64,000 bases of DNA from positions 1,302,001-1,366,000 of the forward strand of contig OY253668.1 of the NCBI GenBank assembly GCA_958009085.1. Reading direction: 5' to 3'. The position numbers and the translations under genes were made by a program. Of this stretch, positions 38,882 through 51,408 are shown one piece after another (within the stretch, counting starts at the first letter, position 1; each line of letters begins with the position of its first letter). The notes under the pieces are model-generated. The model did not search any database and was not told the origin of the DNA. It saw only the letters and a list, made by a program, of their open reading frames with translations. The DNA is from Protoeuglena noctilucae. Taxonomy: Eukaryota.

Positions 38882-41800
38882 ATGCTGAGGAACCTGCGTG
38901 AACGCGTGGGCTCGCGGGGGAAGCTCCCCCACAGCGGGTGAGCGCTCCGAGGGGGCGCCCGCGTCCTCGCAGGCTTGTATTCACACGTTAATGCTGCTGG
39001 CCTCGCGAACGGCCTCCATGGAGTCCGTTACTGCGCGCTAAGGGAAGGGGGCCCTTGCGTTGCCCTCGCAGGTCGCGCAAGGCGCTCGGTCGCAGCAGTT
39101 TGTCCATCCAGGAGCCAGAGCTGACGGTGTTTAAGGCGAGCCTGCTGCGTGCGGGTCCCCGACTTTCGCCCTCCCCGCGCGACGGAGCGAGCTGTCCGAC
39201 GCAGTTCGCGCTCATTTCCCCGCCCGCCGCCGTGGCGGGTCCTGCGCGCTGCCCTCGGAACAACTGCGCACGAGGAAACGCATAGCCGCGTCCGAGGCCG
39301 CAGAAGTTCGCCAACGGGGACGTGTACAAGGGCCAGTGGCTGGACGGCAAGCCCCACGGGCAGGGGACGTACGAATGGGCGGACGGGAGCGTCTATGACG
39401 GCTCCTGGGATATGGGAGAGAAGCACGGGGTCGGGAAATACACATGGCCCAGGTGCGACCGTACGACGCGAGTGCTGGGGCGACAGCAGCCGCGACCCAG
39501 GCATGCATGGGAGCTCCCGGCGTGCCCCGCAGTGGCGCCAGCTACGAGGGCGACTGGAATCGGGGATTCATGCACGGCACCGGCACGCACGTGTCCCTGA
39601 ACGGGGGCCGGTACGAGGGCGGGTGGATGCGGGACGAGAAGCACGGCCTGGGGCGCAAGGTGTACCCCAACGGGGACTCGTACCATGGGCTGTGGCGGCA
39701 CGGGCAGCCGAGTGGGCCGGGGCGGTACAAGTGGAGCAACGGGAACGAGTACAACGGGGAGTGGGCGCAGGGGATGATGCATGGGCGCGGCACGTTTGTG
39801 TGGGGCACGGGGGAGCGGTACGACGGGGAATGGCAGTTCGGCAGGGAGCACGGGCGAGGGACGTTCACGTGGGCGGACGGCTCGACGTTCGACGGGTTCT
39901 GGCGGGAAGGGGTCAAGCACGGCGCGGGGGTGTGTCACCTCGCGGGGGCCGCGCCGGCGTCGGCGTTGGCGCGGTGGCACGCGCGGGGGTCGGCGGGGGC
40001 GCGGCGGCGGCTCAGCCAGGGCGGCGAGGTGGGGACGGACCTGGCGGCGCTGGAGGCGGAGGCCCACGGGGACGAGTCGGCGGCGGGTGCGCACGCGGGG
40101 CAGTGGGTGCTGCTGCGGGAGTACCACGCGGGCCAGATCGTGTTCGAGCGGCTGCTGCCCGTGAAGGGCCTCCCGAAGGCCAACGTGGTGGACAAGAAGG
40201 AGCGGGTCAAGGCCGGGAGGGACCAGCGGCCCACGGGCCCCGGGGAGGTGAGGGTCGCGAGTTGGGGGGTGTATTGCAAGGGGATGGATGGGAGAGGTAG
40301 TTATGAGTTAGATGAGGGGTGGCTGTGGTAAGTGGGAACCACTGGGAAGTGGGGCCAGGTCAGGCTCTTGAGGGGTGAGGAAAGGAGTGCGTCTGTACAG
40401 GCGGTGACCCCGGATGCGCCTGCTGTGATGTCTGCGCGTCCCTCGTTTGTATCCGCAGACCATCTTCAAGGGCCACCGTGCCTATGACCTCATGGTGGGA
40501 CTGAAGCTGGGAATCTTCTTCTCTGCAAGGTGAGAGACGCACGTGGCTGTGGCCGCTACTGTGCAAACATGGCTAGCCCTGTGCATGCCTACGCACGAGC
40601 TCGGGAGTGCCAGTGCGCAGCGATGCTAGCATGGGCCATCGACACACGTCGTGACGAGCCAGGCTGCCACCTCCACACCGCATCGCATCACCCCCGCTCA
40701 CACCGCACGTCCTCAGTGAGCCTGCCTTCTCCACTCCGCCTTTCCCGCAGCAGCTCCCAGGATGCTCAGCGCTCCCGCCCGTCCCCCACCACCGAGGACT
40801 TCGACCGCAAGACCAAAGTCGAGTTCCCCCGTCGCGGCAGCCACCAGACCCCGCCCCACGCGGGCTTCGATTTCAAATGGACCGACTACGCCTCGGGGAT
40901 CTTCAGTCGTCTCCGGGAACTGCACGGCATCAAGAGCTCCGATTACATGCTGTCGCTGTGCGGGGACTCGTCCCTGAGGGAGCTCAAGACTCCCGGCAAG
41001 TCCGGGGCCGTGTTCTACATCTCATACGACGACCACTTCCTGGTGAAGACCGTCCACAAGAGCGAGTACAAGCTGCTGCGGCAGATGCTGCCCCTCTACT
41101 TCCGGGTGAGCGGGCGTGGCGGGGGGTTTGCCATCAACCCACGCTGGCCCGTCGCCCTTCTCACTCTCCGCTCCGCCCTTGGCTCTCCAATGTGCCTGCC
41201 GCTTACCACTCTACGTGTCGCTCACCGATCTGCCCTTGGCTTACCGCTCTGCCCTCCTGCTTGCCCACCGCTCTCTGCCACCACCCCCCGTGCCCCTCCC
41301 CGCCCGCAGCACATGGATCAGCACCCGCACTCGCTCCTCTGCCGCTTTTTCGGCCTCCACTCGGTGACTCCCGAGGGCGGCAAGAAGGCCTGGTTCGTGG
41401 TGATGGGCAACCTCTTCAGCACCGACCTAACCATCCACCGCCGCTACGACCTCAAGGGATCCACGCTGGGCAGGTTCACCCTGAACCCCAAGCCGGGGAG
41501 TACCCTGAAGGACCTGGACCTGTCCGAGTCGTTCAAGCTCGAGTCCCACTGGCACGAGCAGCTCATGGAGCAGCTGGACGCCGACACGAGGTTTTTGGCA
41601 CAGATGAACATCATGGACTACTCGCTGCTGCTGGGGGTGCACCGCGTGGGGGGCCCGGGGGGCGCGGACGGCGCGGGGGTGGGGGGGCGGCCCGGGACGG
41701 GGAGCGTGGAGGGGCCGGATGGGACAGAGACGTTTGACGGGGGTGTGGGCGATCGGTTGACGGACGAGGGAGGGAGCCCGAGGGAGGCGGGCGCGGCGGC

Positions 41801-42790
41801 GCTGAGCAGCGCGGGCGGGGCGGAGGATCTGGGGCCCTGGGGGGCGGAGGATGGGGCGGGGGGTGCGGTTGCGGGCGGGGATAGGGCGCGCGGGGAGGGC
41901 GCGGTGGCGGGGCCCCGGTCGGCGCCCCCGTGGCCGTTGCTGGGGGGTCTGGGGGGCGGCGTGGGCGGCGGGGAGGTGCTCTTGTCGCAGATCGATCCGA
42001 CGGATGAGGAGCTCTTGCGGCGGCTGCAGATGCTGGGTGAGTTATTGGGGGTGATGAATGCGGATGAGTCGTGGAGGTGGGGTCGAGTGCGGTGCGGTGC
42101 TGGCGTTCAGAAGACTTTCGAGAGGAGCTTCGGCGAATGCTTTTGCGCCCGTTGCTGGCACGCACCTGCCAGTCACACTGTGAACTCTTGACTGGCTTGC
42201 CTTCCCCACCCTGTGCGCCGCATGTGCAACGCCCCTCTGCGCGCGCAGGGTTTCGCCGGGACCACCGGGGCCGCAAGGCGCTGCTGGGCAAGTCCAAGTA
42301 CACGGTGCGGGCGGAGGCGGGGGAGGGCCCGGAATCGCGGGGCGTGGACCGGTGGGGCGACCCGACGTTCAGCACCGACCAGCTGAATCTGAAGCTGGGG
42401 TACTCCAAGGTCCAGCTGGGGAAGAACATGGCGGCGATGGCGCTGGTGAGGGGGCCGGGGGTGCGAGCATTGGGCAGGTGTTGCCACTGCCGATGGCGCG
42501 CGTGTCGATCTCTCGCATTACTGGCTGGCTGCCCTCGCCGCCCACGGCGCCGGTCTGGCACCGGTCTGATCGCAACCCGCCCCGCGTGCCCTCAGACGAA
42601 GGACGGGAAGGAGGACGGGGAGGTGGTGCTGTACTTTGGCGTCATCGACATTCTGCAGACGTACCGCCCAAGGAAGAAAATGGAGCACTTCGTCAAGAGC
42701 CTGTTCAACGACGGCAACGCCGTGTCGGTGATTGAGCCCGGCAAGTACGCGCACAGGTTCCGGGAGTTCATGAGAGAGGTCTTCCTGTGA
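38882..42790 (+). CDS. Plant-type phosphatidylinositol-4-phosphate 5-kinase with N-terminal MORN repeats
   Basis: About 7-8 MORN repeats (YxGxW..G..HG.G...W); GPGE|TIFKGHRAYDLMVGLKLGI; FPRRGSHQTPPH..DFKWTDY; DYMLSLCGDSSLRELKTPGKSGAVFY; VVMGN...IHRRYDLKGS; LKDLD; IMDYSLLLGVH; LYFGVIDILQTY...KKMEH. Confidence 0.97.
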
Positions 42791-42999
42791 GGGGAGTGCA
42801 GGAACTTGCAAGCATGGGCGCCCTCACTACCCCCCGTTCTAGCAAGCAATGGCGGCTTGCTGCGTCTTTCGAAAGCGCCTTTTCGTTTCGTGCACTCCAG
42901 TCTAGGCTATGCTTGTCTAGCTCGGGACCCTCAGCCCTTACCTACGCCGCCCAGCCAAGTTTGGGCACGCCCCATGTGCGGCAATAGCAGCGACAGTCG

Positions 43000-45900
43000 G
43001 CGCCTCGCGCCTTGCCTAGCGAGTGAAAGCGGAGAGCTACGCTGGTGCAGAGCTGCCGAGTGCAACCGCCACTACTACTAGTGCGTGCAGTGGAGCATGC
43101 AGGAGCATGCACCCGTAACCAGCAAAGCGCCCTTGGGGCTTTGCCGAGGGGGTCACGCGGGTCCCCACCCGCGCGGCATCTCGTCGTCGCAGATGAGGAC
43201 CGCGCAGTGCACCGCCTGTCGCATGGCCGCAGCCATCCCCGCACAGGGCGGCCACACGGTCCCCAGCAGCACCGCCGCCTCCGCCAGGCGCTCGTGCAGG
43301 CCGGCCGTCGACGCGGTCGACACGGACCCGGCCGTCGGCACACCGGCGTCGCTCACCCTGCGTGGGTGGGGCGCGGGTGAGGCAACATGAGCAGCACCGC
43401 TCACCATCGCTCGCGCCGCTGCTGCTAGGTACCATCAGCCACCGGTGCTGCCCTGCCATCGCAGCCCAGTCACCGGTTGATGGTCTCCGCGATGACCATG
43501 TCCACCTTCCTCAGGAGCCGCACGAGCCTCTGCACCGTGCGCGCGTGCCCCCGTACCTCCCCGAAGTGCCCCGGCTCCCTCAGCGCGTCCGCCAGGGCCC
43601 CGCAGAGGCGCTCCTGGGCCGGACCCAGCGCCCCGAGGATCCCGGCCATCACTTTGAGGATGCCGGAGGTGATGACCTCGGCGGCGGTCTCTGGCACGGA
43701 CGACGCAGCAAACGACGACGCGCCCAGGGACCCCGGCGCAGCGGGGCCCGCAGGAGGCGACTGCCCCGCAACAGGCGACTGCCCCGCAACAGGCGACTGG
43801 GCCACGATCAAAGGCAGGGACCGTGGCGCGCTCGCCGCGTGCTCCCTCCTGTCGCGCGACTGCCCACGAGCCAGCTCCCTGTGCAGTGCCGAGCGGGGCG
43901 TTCCGTGAGGCCTGGCCCCGCCCCTGGCATCCCGGGAGTCGCCATCCCGACCACCCTGCGCCTGAGAGGCCCTTATTTCAGGCTGGGACTCCAGGGCAGC
44001 TCCACCATCGTGGCCTGACATCCCATGATCTCGGCCTGCCATCCCAGCCCGCCCCTGCTGCGCATGCGCCTCCCGCGGCCCCAACCCCGCATCGCCACCC
44101 GTGGCATCGGGGCCGTCCGCGCCCTCGCTGCTCACGCTCTCCACCTCGGTGTCAGCTCGGTAGCCTCCCTCAAACATGTCCCTCATGTCGAAAGAAGCCT
44201 CGCGTCCCTTGCGAGCACCGGTGCACGACGGAGCGTGGACGCGATCCCGGTCGTGCGCCCTCTTGGCCTCCAGGCACCAGAGCTTGCCGCCCTGCGCGGA
44301 CAGGCGCGCGCTGCCCGTGCGCAGCCACTCCTCGGGCGTCGCCACGGGGGGCCGCCCGGCTTGGATGTGGGGCGAGGGGTCGCGGATGAGTGCCCGTGCC
44401 GCCTGCCGATGAGGGGAGGCCGGGGACGAGGAAATGTCCGCATCAGCCCCTTCCAGCACATCTGCGATCGCACAAGAGATGAGTCAGGTGCCAGTCAGCA
44501 ATGAGTCAGACAACTGGCGGAGACAGCAAGAGCTCAGGGTCGAGTCAAATGCACGGCCGTTTCCTCCATGTGATTACCAAGGGTAACAAGTCGGGTCATG
44601 CATGCCACCCGCGCGGTGCTGCTCCGTCCCCCGCACCTTCCGTTGCCATGCGGAAGTCCTTGGGCCGAGACGGACCCACACGCGCCGACTTGGTCGCCCC
44701 CAAAGAGAAGCCCGAGGCGGTGGCGAGATGATGCAAGGTGTGGATGGAGTCGATCAAAGCCTTGACGGAGGTGGAAGGGAACGTGTGCCTCTTCCAGACC
44801 TTGCCCAGCCTGTCTCTCGCCTCCCGGTCATCCTCGTTGCTCACGTGCTCTCGCTCCCCAGAAGGCCTGGGGACGTCCTCCAGAAAGCCAAACACCGCCT
44901 TCACCCACCGCTTCCACGCGCCAACCCCGCCCTTCTCCCTCGCCCCATCGCCCTCGCCCTCGCCCTCGCCCCCGCTGCGCATCTCGACTTCCTCCGGGTG
45001 CAGGGCGGCCTCGATGTCGAGACCGCTCCCCACTGAATGCACCGGAGCCAAGCGCCCGCCCTGGCGCAGCCCTGTGCCTCCCTCGGGGCCCACGTGGTCC
45101 CCCGCCGCCCCGCTGCCCTCGCTGTCGCTCGCCCCGTCGTCCGACAAAAGCGGCTCGCTCGCGCTGTGGCCCACGCGGCCCTTGTCCCGCTTCCGCCGCT
45201 GGGCCTGTCCCCGCCGCCACCCCAGGGGCCACTGATGGATGGGCCCCTTGCCGGGACGCAGGAGCGACTGCGGGCCGCGCTTGGCCTGAGCAGCCGCCCA
45301 GTGCCTGGGCCGCAGGAACCACAAGCCCCACTCGCGCGTCGCAGGCTGCAAGTGGGTCTGGGCCTCCTGTAGCTCCGTCGTCACAGCCCCGTGCTCCTCT
45401 AGCCTGTCCCACAGCACCGACCCGGCCTGGGCCACCCGCTCCTCTGCCCCGGGCTCCCCGTGGGCGTGCAGGGCGAGCGCGGCGTAGCAGCACAGCACGG
45501 CGGACTGCAGCTGGGCCAACTGCGCCAAGGCGCGCTGGAGGCTCGAGGAGATCTGGCGCATGGAGGTGGAGGGAAGGGCGATCTTGACCGCCGTCACGAT
45601 CGCGTCCCCTGCAGCCACAACGGCGCAACGAGGGATGAGCAGCGACGATGGGCGATGCGCCATGTCAACGAGCGAGGGGCAGCTGCCCCTGCCGCCCTCG
45701 CCCGTCAGCACGGCGATGAGTCGCCAGGTGAGGCGCTCCAGCACGGTGTCCATGCGGCTCTTGCTCTCAAGCATGCGCCCGGCGGGCACGGCCAGCAGGG
45801 GCAGCGTGAAGTCGGCGACGTTGAAAGCGTACTGGAACCTGCAAGCACGAATGGGTGGTACGCTGCTCGGCCTTTGCGCAAGTCCCTCTGACCTGCTTCG

Positions 45901-46601
45901 CAAGAGGATAGGTCATGGTCAGCCACGACGGTTCGCGAGCGCAGGCGCCACTGACTGGGGCATGGTGATGCGGAAAATGTTGGAGAAGAAGCTCGCGGAT
46001 CCGATGAAGACGACGAAGGACGCCCCGAGGAGCGTGCTGCCGATGTCTGCGTTGGGAATGGACGTCAGGGGCTCTGTGCCCAAGACGAGGACCATCGCCA
46101 GGAAGGCGGCGAGGGCGGTGCCACCGAACCGGAGCGTGCCCCTGCCGATCGCGAGCCCTGCCGTCCTCTCAAGCACGGCCGCCACGGTCATCACAACCCA
46201 CATAGTCTCTCTGCACGCGAGGAGCGGCGGTGTTCGCACGTGCAGCTGCCGCTGGGTGCATGCCTCAGGTCCCTCTCGCACCCGTGAAACAACTTGTTGA
46301 TCTTCTCGCTGAAGTGCATGCCCACGGCGATGCCCATGGAAATGCCGCCCTGGACGCCGTTGCGAAATGCGCTTTCGGAAAGCCGCACGCCCAGGCCCAG
46401 GACCTTGTGCGACCTCTCGCCCGTCGTCTCCTCGATCATCGCCACGTCGTCCGGACCCCGCTGCGCCGCCGCGCCTAGCTCGTCGACCGCTTGCTCCAAC
46501 TCTCTGTAGATTTTGAGCAGCTGCTCGCACCCATCCCGCGGGGGCGCCCCCGAGTGGGATGCGCCCCGGAGCGCGTGGTCTCCCGGCGAGGCGCACGACA
46601 T
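43000..46601 (-). CDS. Aluminium-activated malate transporter (ALMT)/aromatic acid exporter family membrane protein, multi-exon; ends approximate
   Basis: MWVVMTVAAVLERTAGLAIGRGTLRFGGTALA (compare ALMT WAVMTVVVV.E...G....KG.NR..GT), FQYAFNVADFTLPLL, RLIAVLTG. About 6 TM helices followed by a long helical/disordered C-terminus. Confidence 0.75.
43755..43799. repeat. 18-bp tandem repeat, 2.5 copies (aggcgactgccccgcaac), encoding QSPVAG repeats in the ALMT tail
   Basis: Directly visible. Confidence 0.9.
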
Positions 46602-47917
46602 GGCCGTCGATGCGATGCCGGCAGGGTGGCGAAGGGTGACGAGCCCTCAGCGCCACGCACAACGCGGACTCAGCGCACCGTGCTCGGCCAGCTTTCCAAG
46701 GTCGGAGCGCGGCCAGCGCGTGCTCGTCGCCGCTCCTAGCTAGCGACGATGCGTCAATGCCTCGTATGCTCTGCAATCGGGGCTTGAGCCGCCTTCTATT
46801 GGGCCGAACCGGGAGACTGACGTGGGAGTGCAGCCCAGCCCGAGCCAGGCTACAGGGTGGGGCGTGGAGGCTGAATGTGGGTCCAGAGAGGCGACTACTT
46901 CTTTTCTGAAAAGAAGCTAGCACGAACCCGGTGACAGGGTGCACGCTCGCGCGACTATTTGCAAACGTCAGTTGTGCCGTCGGTGAGGCACCATTCCCGG
47001 GGTAAAAAGCACAGACGCGCCTCTCTTCGTCTCATGGTGCTTTCAAGTAGCGCACAGGAGGGGCCTTGCACTGAGTGACCGCTGCGCTGACGTTGACATT
47101 TGAGAATCGCGGCGGGAAGGGAGCAGTGGCCAAGCGGAAGCTCGCGAGCACGCGCTGCGCCGCAGGGTGCCAGACATGTCGAAGGATGAGGTGCGGGCCA
47201 CGCGGGACCACAGGCGCCTGCTCTCCAGGTGGCGTCGGCGCGCGCCAACGTAGCGTGCGCTTTCCCTGCATTCAGTTCCTCCCAGCGGGAAATGGGGCCT
47301 TCCGGAACGCGCTCGACGCCACGTCTCTGGGCCTGAGGTGGATCCCGAGCAGCGCGGGCAAGAATCACGTCCCAGGATGCTCGGACGCGGGCAAGGGGGC
47401 GATGTTCGGCGAGGGCCCCCTGGCAGACCCGGTGAGACCTGCTCTCTCTTGATGCGGGAACCTCTCCGTGACGTTTACTGCCTGAAAAAAAGCCTGGCCT
47501 GGTGCGCAATTCCAGGCAACATGCAAAACAATGTATGGGCGGACCAACGCGAACGTGCTGCGATATTGGCAGCAAAGGAGCAGGCCAGAGACTCCAAATA
47601 CCGCCACCACGCTTCCGGGCGTCCCCAACGACCAGGCGAGCGTGCATGGGGGATGGGGGACGCAAGGCTGCGCCGCGTGCATCCCAGTTGCATCCCAGGG
47701 ATGCATCGACTGTGGCCCCTGCAGATTCCGGGGGGGGAGCGTGCCTTCGCTGCAAAGGTGAAGAGCGGAAGCCTCCGCTCCAGCCTGGTGCTCGGGTTCG
47801 ATGAGTCTTTGCCTGACCGCCTTCGGCCGGACGAGCCAGTGCATCTGACGGAGCAGCGGGCGTACCGGGGGCGACCCAAGAGCGGGCGGCAGTGGTGATG
47901 GTGCGGCTTGATGCGGG

Positions 47918-50900
47918 TTGGCAGCGTTAGGGTTAGCTCAGTGCCCTCCGCCAGAAGTGCTCCAGCGTATCGCGTATCTTGCCCTGAGCACCGCATACGT
48001 CTATCCCGCCTTCCAAAACCACGTTAGCTGTGCCTCGCGGCTCGCGGGTCGACGCTGGGACATGGTCCATGGCCAGCCCGCCCTGCCCTCCTGGGGAGGC
48101 CGCAGCGCTGGAAGCCCCAGCGCTGGACCGATGTCACCATTTCCAGCTGCAGCCCGTTCTGAAGGTATTGTACGAACTGTACCGTGAGGAGAGCGCCGAG
48201 GAGATCGCTCGGCAGCGATGGCGCGAGGACGTGGAGGCCTTGGGTGCGTTTCTGCGCGCGGAATCGCCTCTGCGCAGCGCTTCGCAGCTGCCTACGTGAC
48301 ATTTGGACACCATAGTGTGCGCTCCGAGCTCTGGGCTGCGGCTAAGCGCGCGTGAGAGGAGCAAATATGGCGTTAAGGTACCGTGCTCGCCCGCAGCGCT
48401 CGCGTCCAAAGCGACCCTTGTTGCTGTCATTGGAGCGTGCGGCATGGACCTTCCCATGCGCGTCACGTCAAAGCTTGGTCTCGCGCTGCGCGTGAAGCTT
48501 CAGGCGGAGGCGGAGGGCGATGACCTAGCTGGGACCACGGAGCTGGTGGTGCCGCGCGACTCGCAGGACCCTGCCTTGTCCCAGGCCCCCATATCCGTGA
48601 GTATTTCGCCTTGCGCCAGTCGCGTTGTCCGTGAGTGTCGCCAGAGCACGAGCCCCGCTACCCTAACCTGCCTGCAGTGGTGGGAGCCAGGGTCGTATTT
48701 GTCACGGGCAGCCAAAACCGTGGCCCGCCTCGACTTCAGCCGGCTCCAGCTGGCCGCGTCGTTCAAGGACAGCACCCGCCTGCTCGCCGGGCAGCTGGTC
48801 GCGAGGGTGAGCGGCGGGGAGAGCGAAGGGGCATTGCGCCTTGCGATGCCAGAGGCTTCGCTCACGTTCCACTCCTCCGTCGCGGGCACGCAGGCCCCCC
48901 GCCTCTTTCCGTCCCTGACCTCCCTCACCCTCGACCCGACCCACGTGGGCCTCCTCTTCTCGAGAGGGGGGCCACTCCCGTCCGTCACTCACCTCCGCCT
49001 CTGCCGTGTCCCCTCGCACAAGAACCGGCACCACTCCTTGTCCGCGGCCATCGCCGCCCTCTTCCCCAACCTCTCCGTCCTCCAGTCGTCGTTCCACCTT
49101 CTCCCGGGCTCCCTCCTGCTCCTCAAAGGGCTGCCGCTCACCGAGGTCCCCGCCACCGCCACGCCCCTCCACAGCCCCCCCGACATCTCCTGCCCCGGGC
49201 TCGAGCACTTCGGCTCCTCCCTGACTCGCCTCTGCCTGGACGCCGTCGTCGACCGCCCGCCCGTGGGAATGCGCGGGGACGAGGCGGGGACGGGCGCCGC
49301 GTGGGAACCCCGCCTGTCCCTGCCGCCCCTCCCGGAGCTCCGCGACCTCCGAGTCACGTACTCCCAGAACTGCTACCTGAGCGGCGCGAGCGCGCTGCAG
49401 ATGACGCTGACGGCCCCGTGCCTGACGAGCCTCTCCCTCTCCTCGGGCGACGCCATCCACGGGGATTGCCTCCTGTCCATGCTGCGCCTGCCCGGCCTGC
49501 GCCGACTCTCGCTGTCGAACCTGACGTGCGCCGGGCACGACCGCGCTTTCCAGCCCGCCGTCGACGCCCTGCGGCCCATGCCGTGCCTGGAGCGCCTGCA
49601 CCTGTCCAGCGTGACGCTCGACGGCCCCGCGTGGCAGGCCGTGCGGGTGGCTGCGCTCGGGGCGCCGGGGCTGGTCGAGGCACGGCTGAGCTACGTGGGG
49701 ACGGACGACACCGTGCCAGGTGAGGGACATGGCAGTGTGCGGCGCGCGACGCGTGCGTGTCAGCTGCTCTGACGCGGCGTGTGACCCGGCCCTCGCAGAC
49801 CCGACGGGCCTGGAGGCCCTCCGCCCGAGCGCGTCGTCCCTCCGCTCCCTGACGCTCACGGGGTGGTCCCGGGGCTCCATGGAGAGTTGGGGCACCAACG
49901 TCGCGCGCTTCACGCGCCTCACGTCCCTCACCCTCGCCACCGCGCCCTGCATGCCAAACGAATGCTGGACCCTCCGCGCCCTGCGCAACCTCCGGGAGCT
50001 CGACCTCACGCTCGCGAGCCCCAAGGGCGCGGCTGAGCCGGCGTCGCCCTCCACGTCCAGTCCCCCGGCGCCCGTAGGCGCCCTCTCGCAGGCAGGGCTC
50101 TCAATGACCTTTGTGGACCTGGGTCGCCTGGCCCGGCTGCGACAGCTGCGACTGCGGGTCTCGGGGGTGCCCGTCACCACCGGGCTCCTCCTACAGCTCA
50201 CGCCGCTCCAGCGGCTGCAGACCCTGCGAGTGCACGCGCGCTCGTGGGAACTCGACGAGAACGTCCTGGCGCTGGTGCGGGACCCGGGGTCCTTGCCGCA
50301 GCTGCGGAGGGTCGACTTGCGGCGGCCCAACAAGGCGAGAGGGCGCCTGGGTGTGTCCGCTGGCAGCAGCCGGGCTCGCTTGCAGGCTCCCCTTGACGAC
50401 CCACGCGCGCTCCTCTCCGCGCTCGCAGCCCAGCAAGGTGGCCTACTGGGCGTCTCTGCTGAACGCGGCGCTGCTCTCCCGGCACCTGTCCGAGCCCATC
50501 GGTGAGCTGACGCTGCGACTGCTGCTTGCATGCGCGGGTCTCTCTGTTGCACTCGCGGGCCTGCACGGAGATCCCGCCCCAGCGGCCTTGACTGCAGAGC
50601 GCCGGGAGCTGGATTGGCGCGACCTGCACCGCCAGTTTGGCGGCGAGGGAGACACCGACTCGGAGGACATGCGGTCCGGGGCGAGCGCGGTGGTGGATGG
50701 GGAGGCGAGCGCGGATGACGGTTCGGGTGATGGCGAGGACGAGACTGACTCGGACTGGGAGGGCAGTGAGTCGGACGAGGGGTCGACGACGGACGACGAC
50801 GACGATGTGGACGTTGATGACGATGAGGAAGTGGAGGAGGAGGATGAGGAGGAAGAGCCTTTAGAGGACGAGGTCGACGAGGCAGAGCCGGAGGGTGGCG

Positions 50901-51157
50901 ATGGGGAGGGGGTGGAGGGTGGTCACGGGGACGGGGTGGAGGGTGGTGACGGGGAGGGTGGTAGTGGGGAGGGGGATGGGATGGATAGCCCGACGAGTGC
51001 GGGGGGAGGGGAGGGGGCTGAGGTGGGGCGGGGGCCGGAGGTGGGGGCCGCAGGGAGCCCATCACACCCCGTGGTGGGCATGGGGAGGGCCAGCCGCTCT
51101 TGGTACGTGGGCGTCTGGTCCGCTTTCCTCGGGCTACCTAACTTGGAATTCTCTTGA
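47918..51157 (+). CDS. F-box-like/RNI-type leucine-rich repeat protein with acidic C-terminal tail, multi-exon; 5' end unresolved
   Basis: PPEVLQRIAYLAL (F-box-like), followed by many LRRs (LFPSLTSLTL, LPSVTHLRL, FPNLSVL, LPELRDLRV, LPGLRRLSL, LERLHL, LRNLRELDL, LPQLRRVDL). D/E-rich tail at about 50650-50900. Confidence 0.7.
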
Positions 51158-51408
51158 GCTCAAAACCTGTGTACTGGCAACTGGTTCTGATGGTGATGCG
51201 GGTTGCTCCCTGAGTCACCGATCCACACCGCACCAGAGGGGCCAGCTTGTGCTGCAGCGCCAGACGGTAGGGTCCTGAACCGAATGGTTTTTGGCCCGCG
51301 GACACAGTGGAAACCATTGCTCGCGAATCTATCGGCTGTGCTGGGCCGCGCATCGCTCTGCAAGAGCACCTGCCGCGGTTTGCATTGGCAGGTCGAATGT
51401 CGTTGGCG

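Noticed and set aside
47925..47937. Telomere-like TTAGGGTTAG (also TTAGGG at about 1727)
   Set aside because: Fewer than two full units, compatible with chance.
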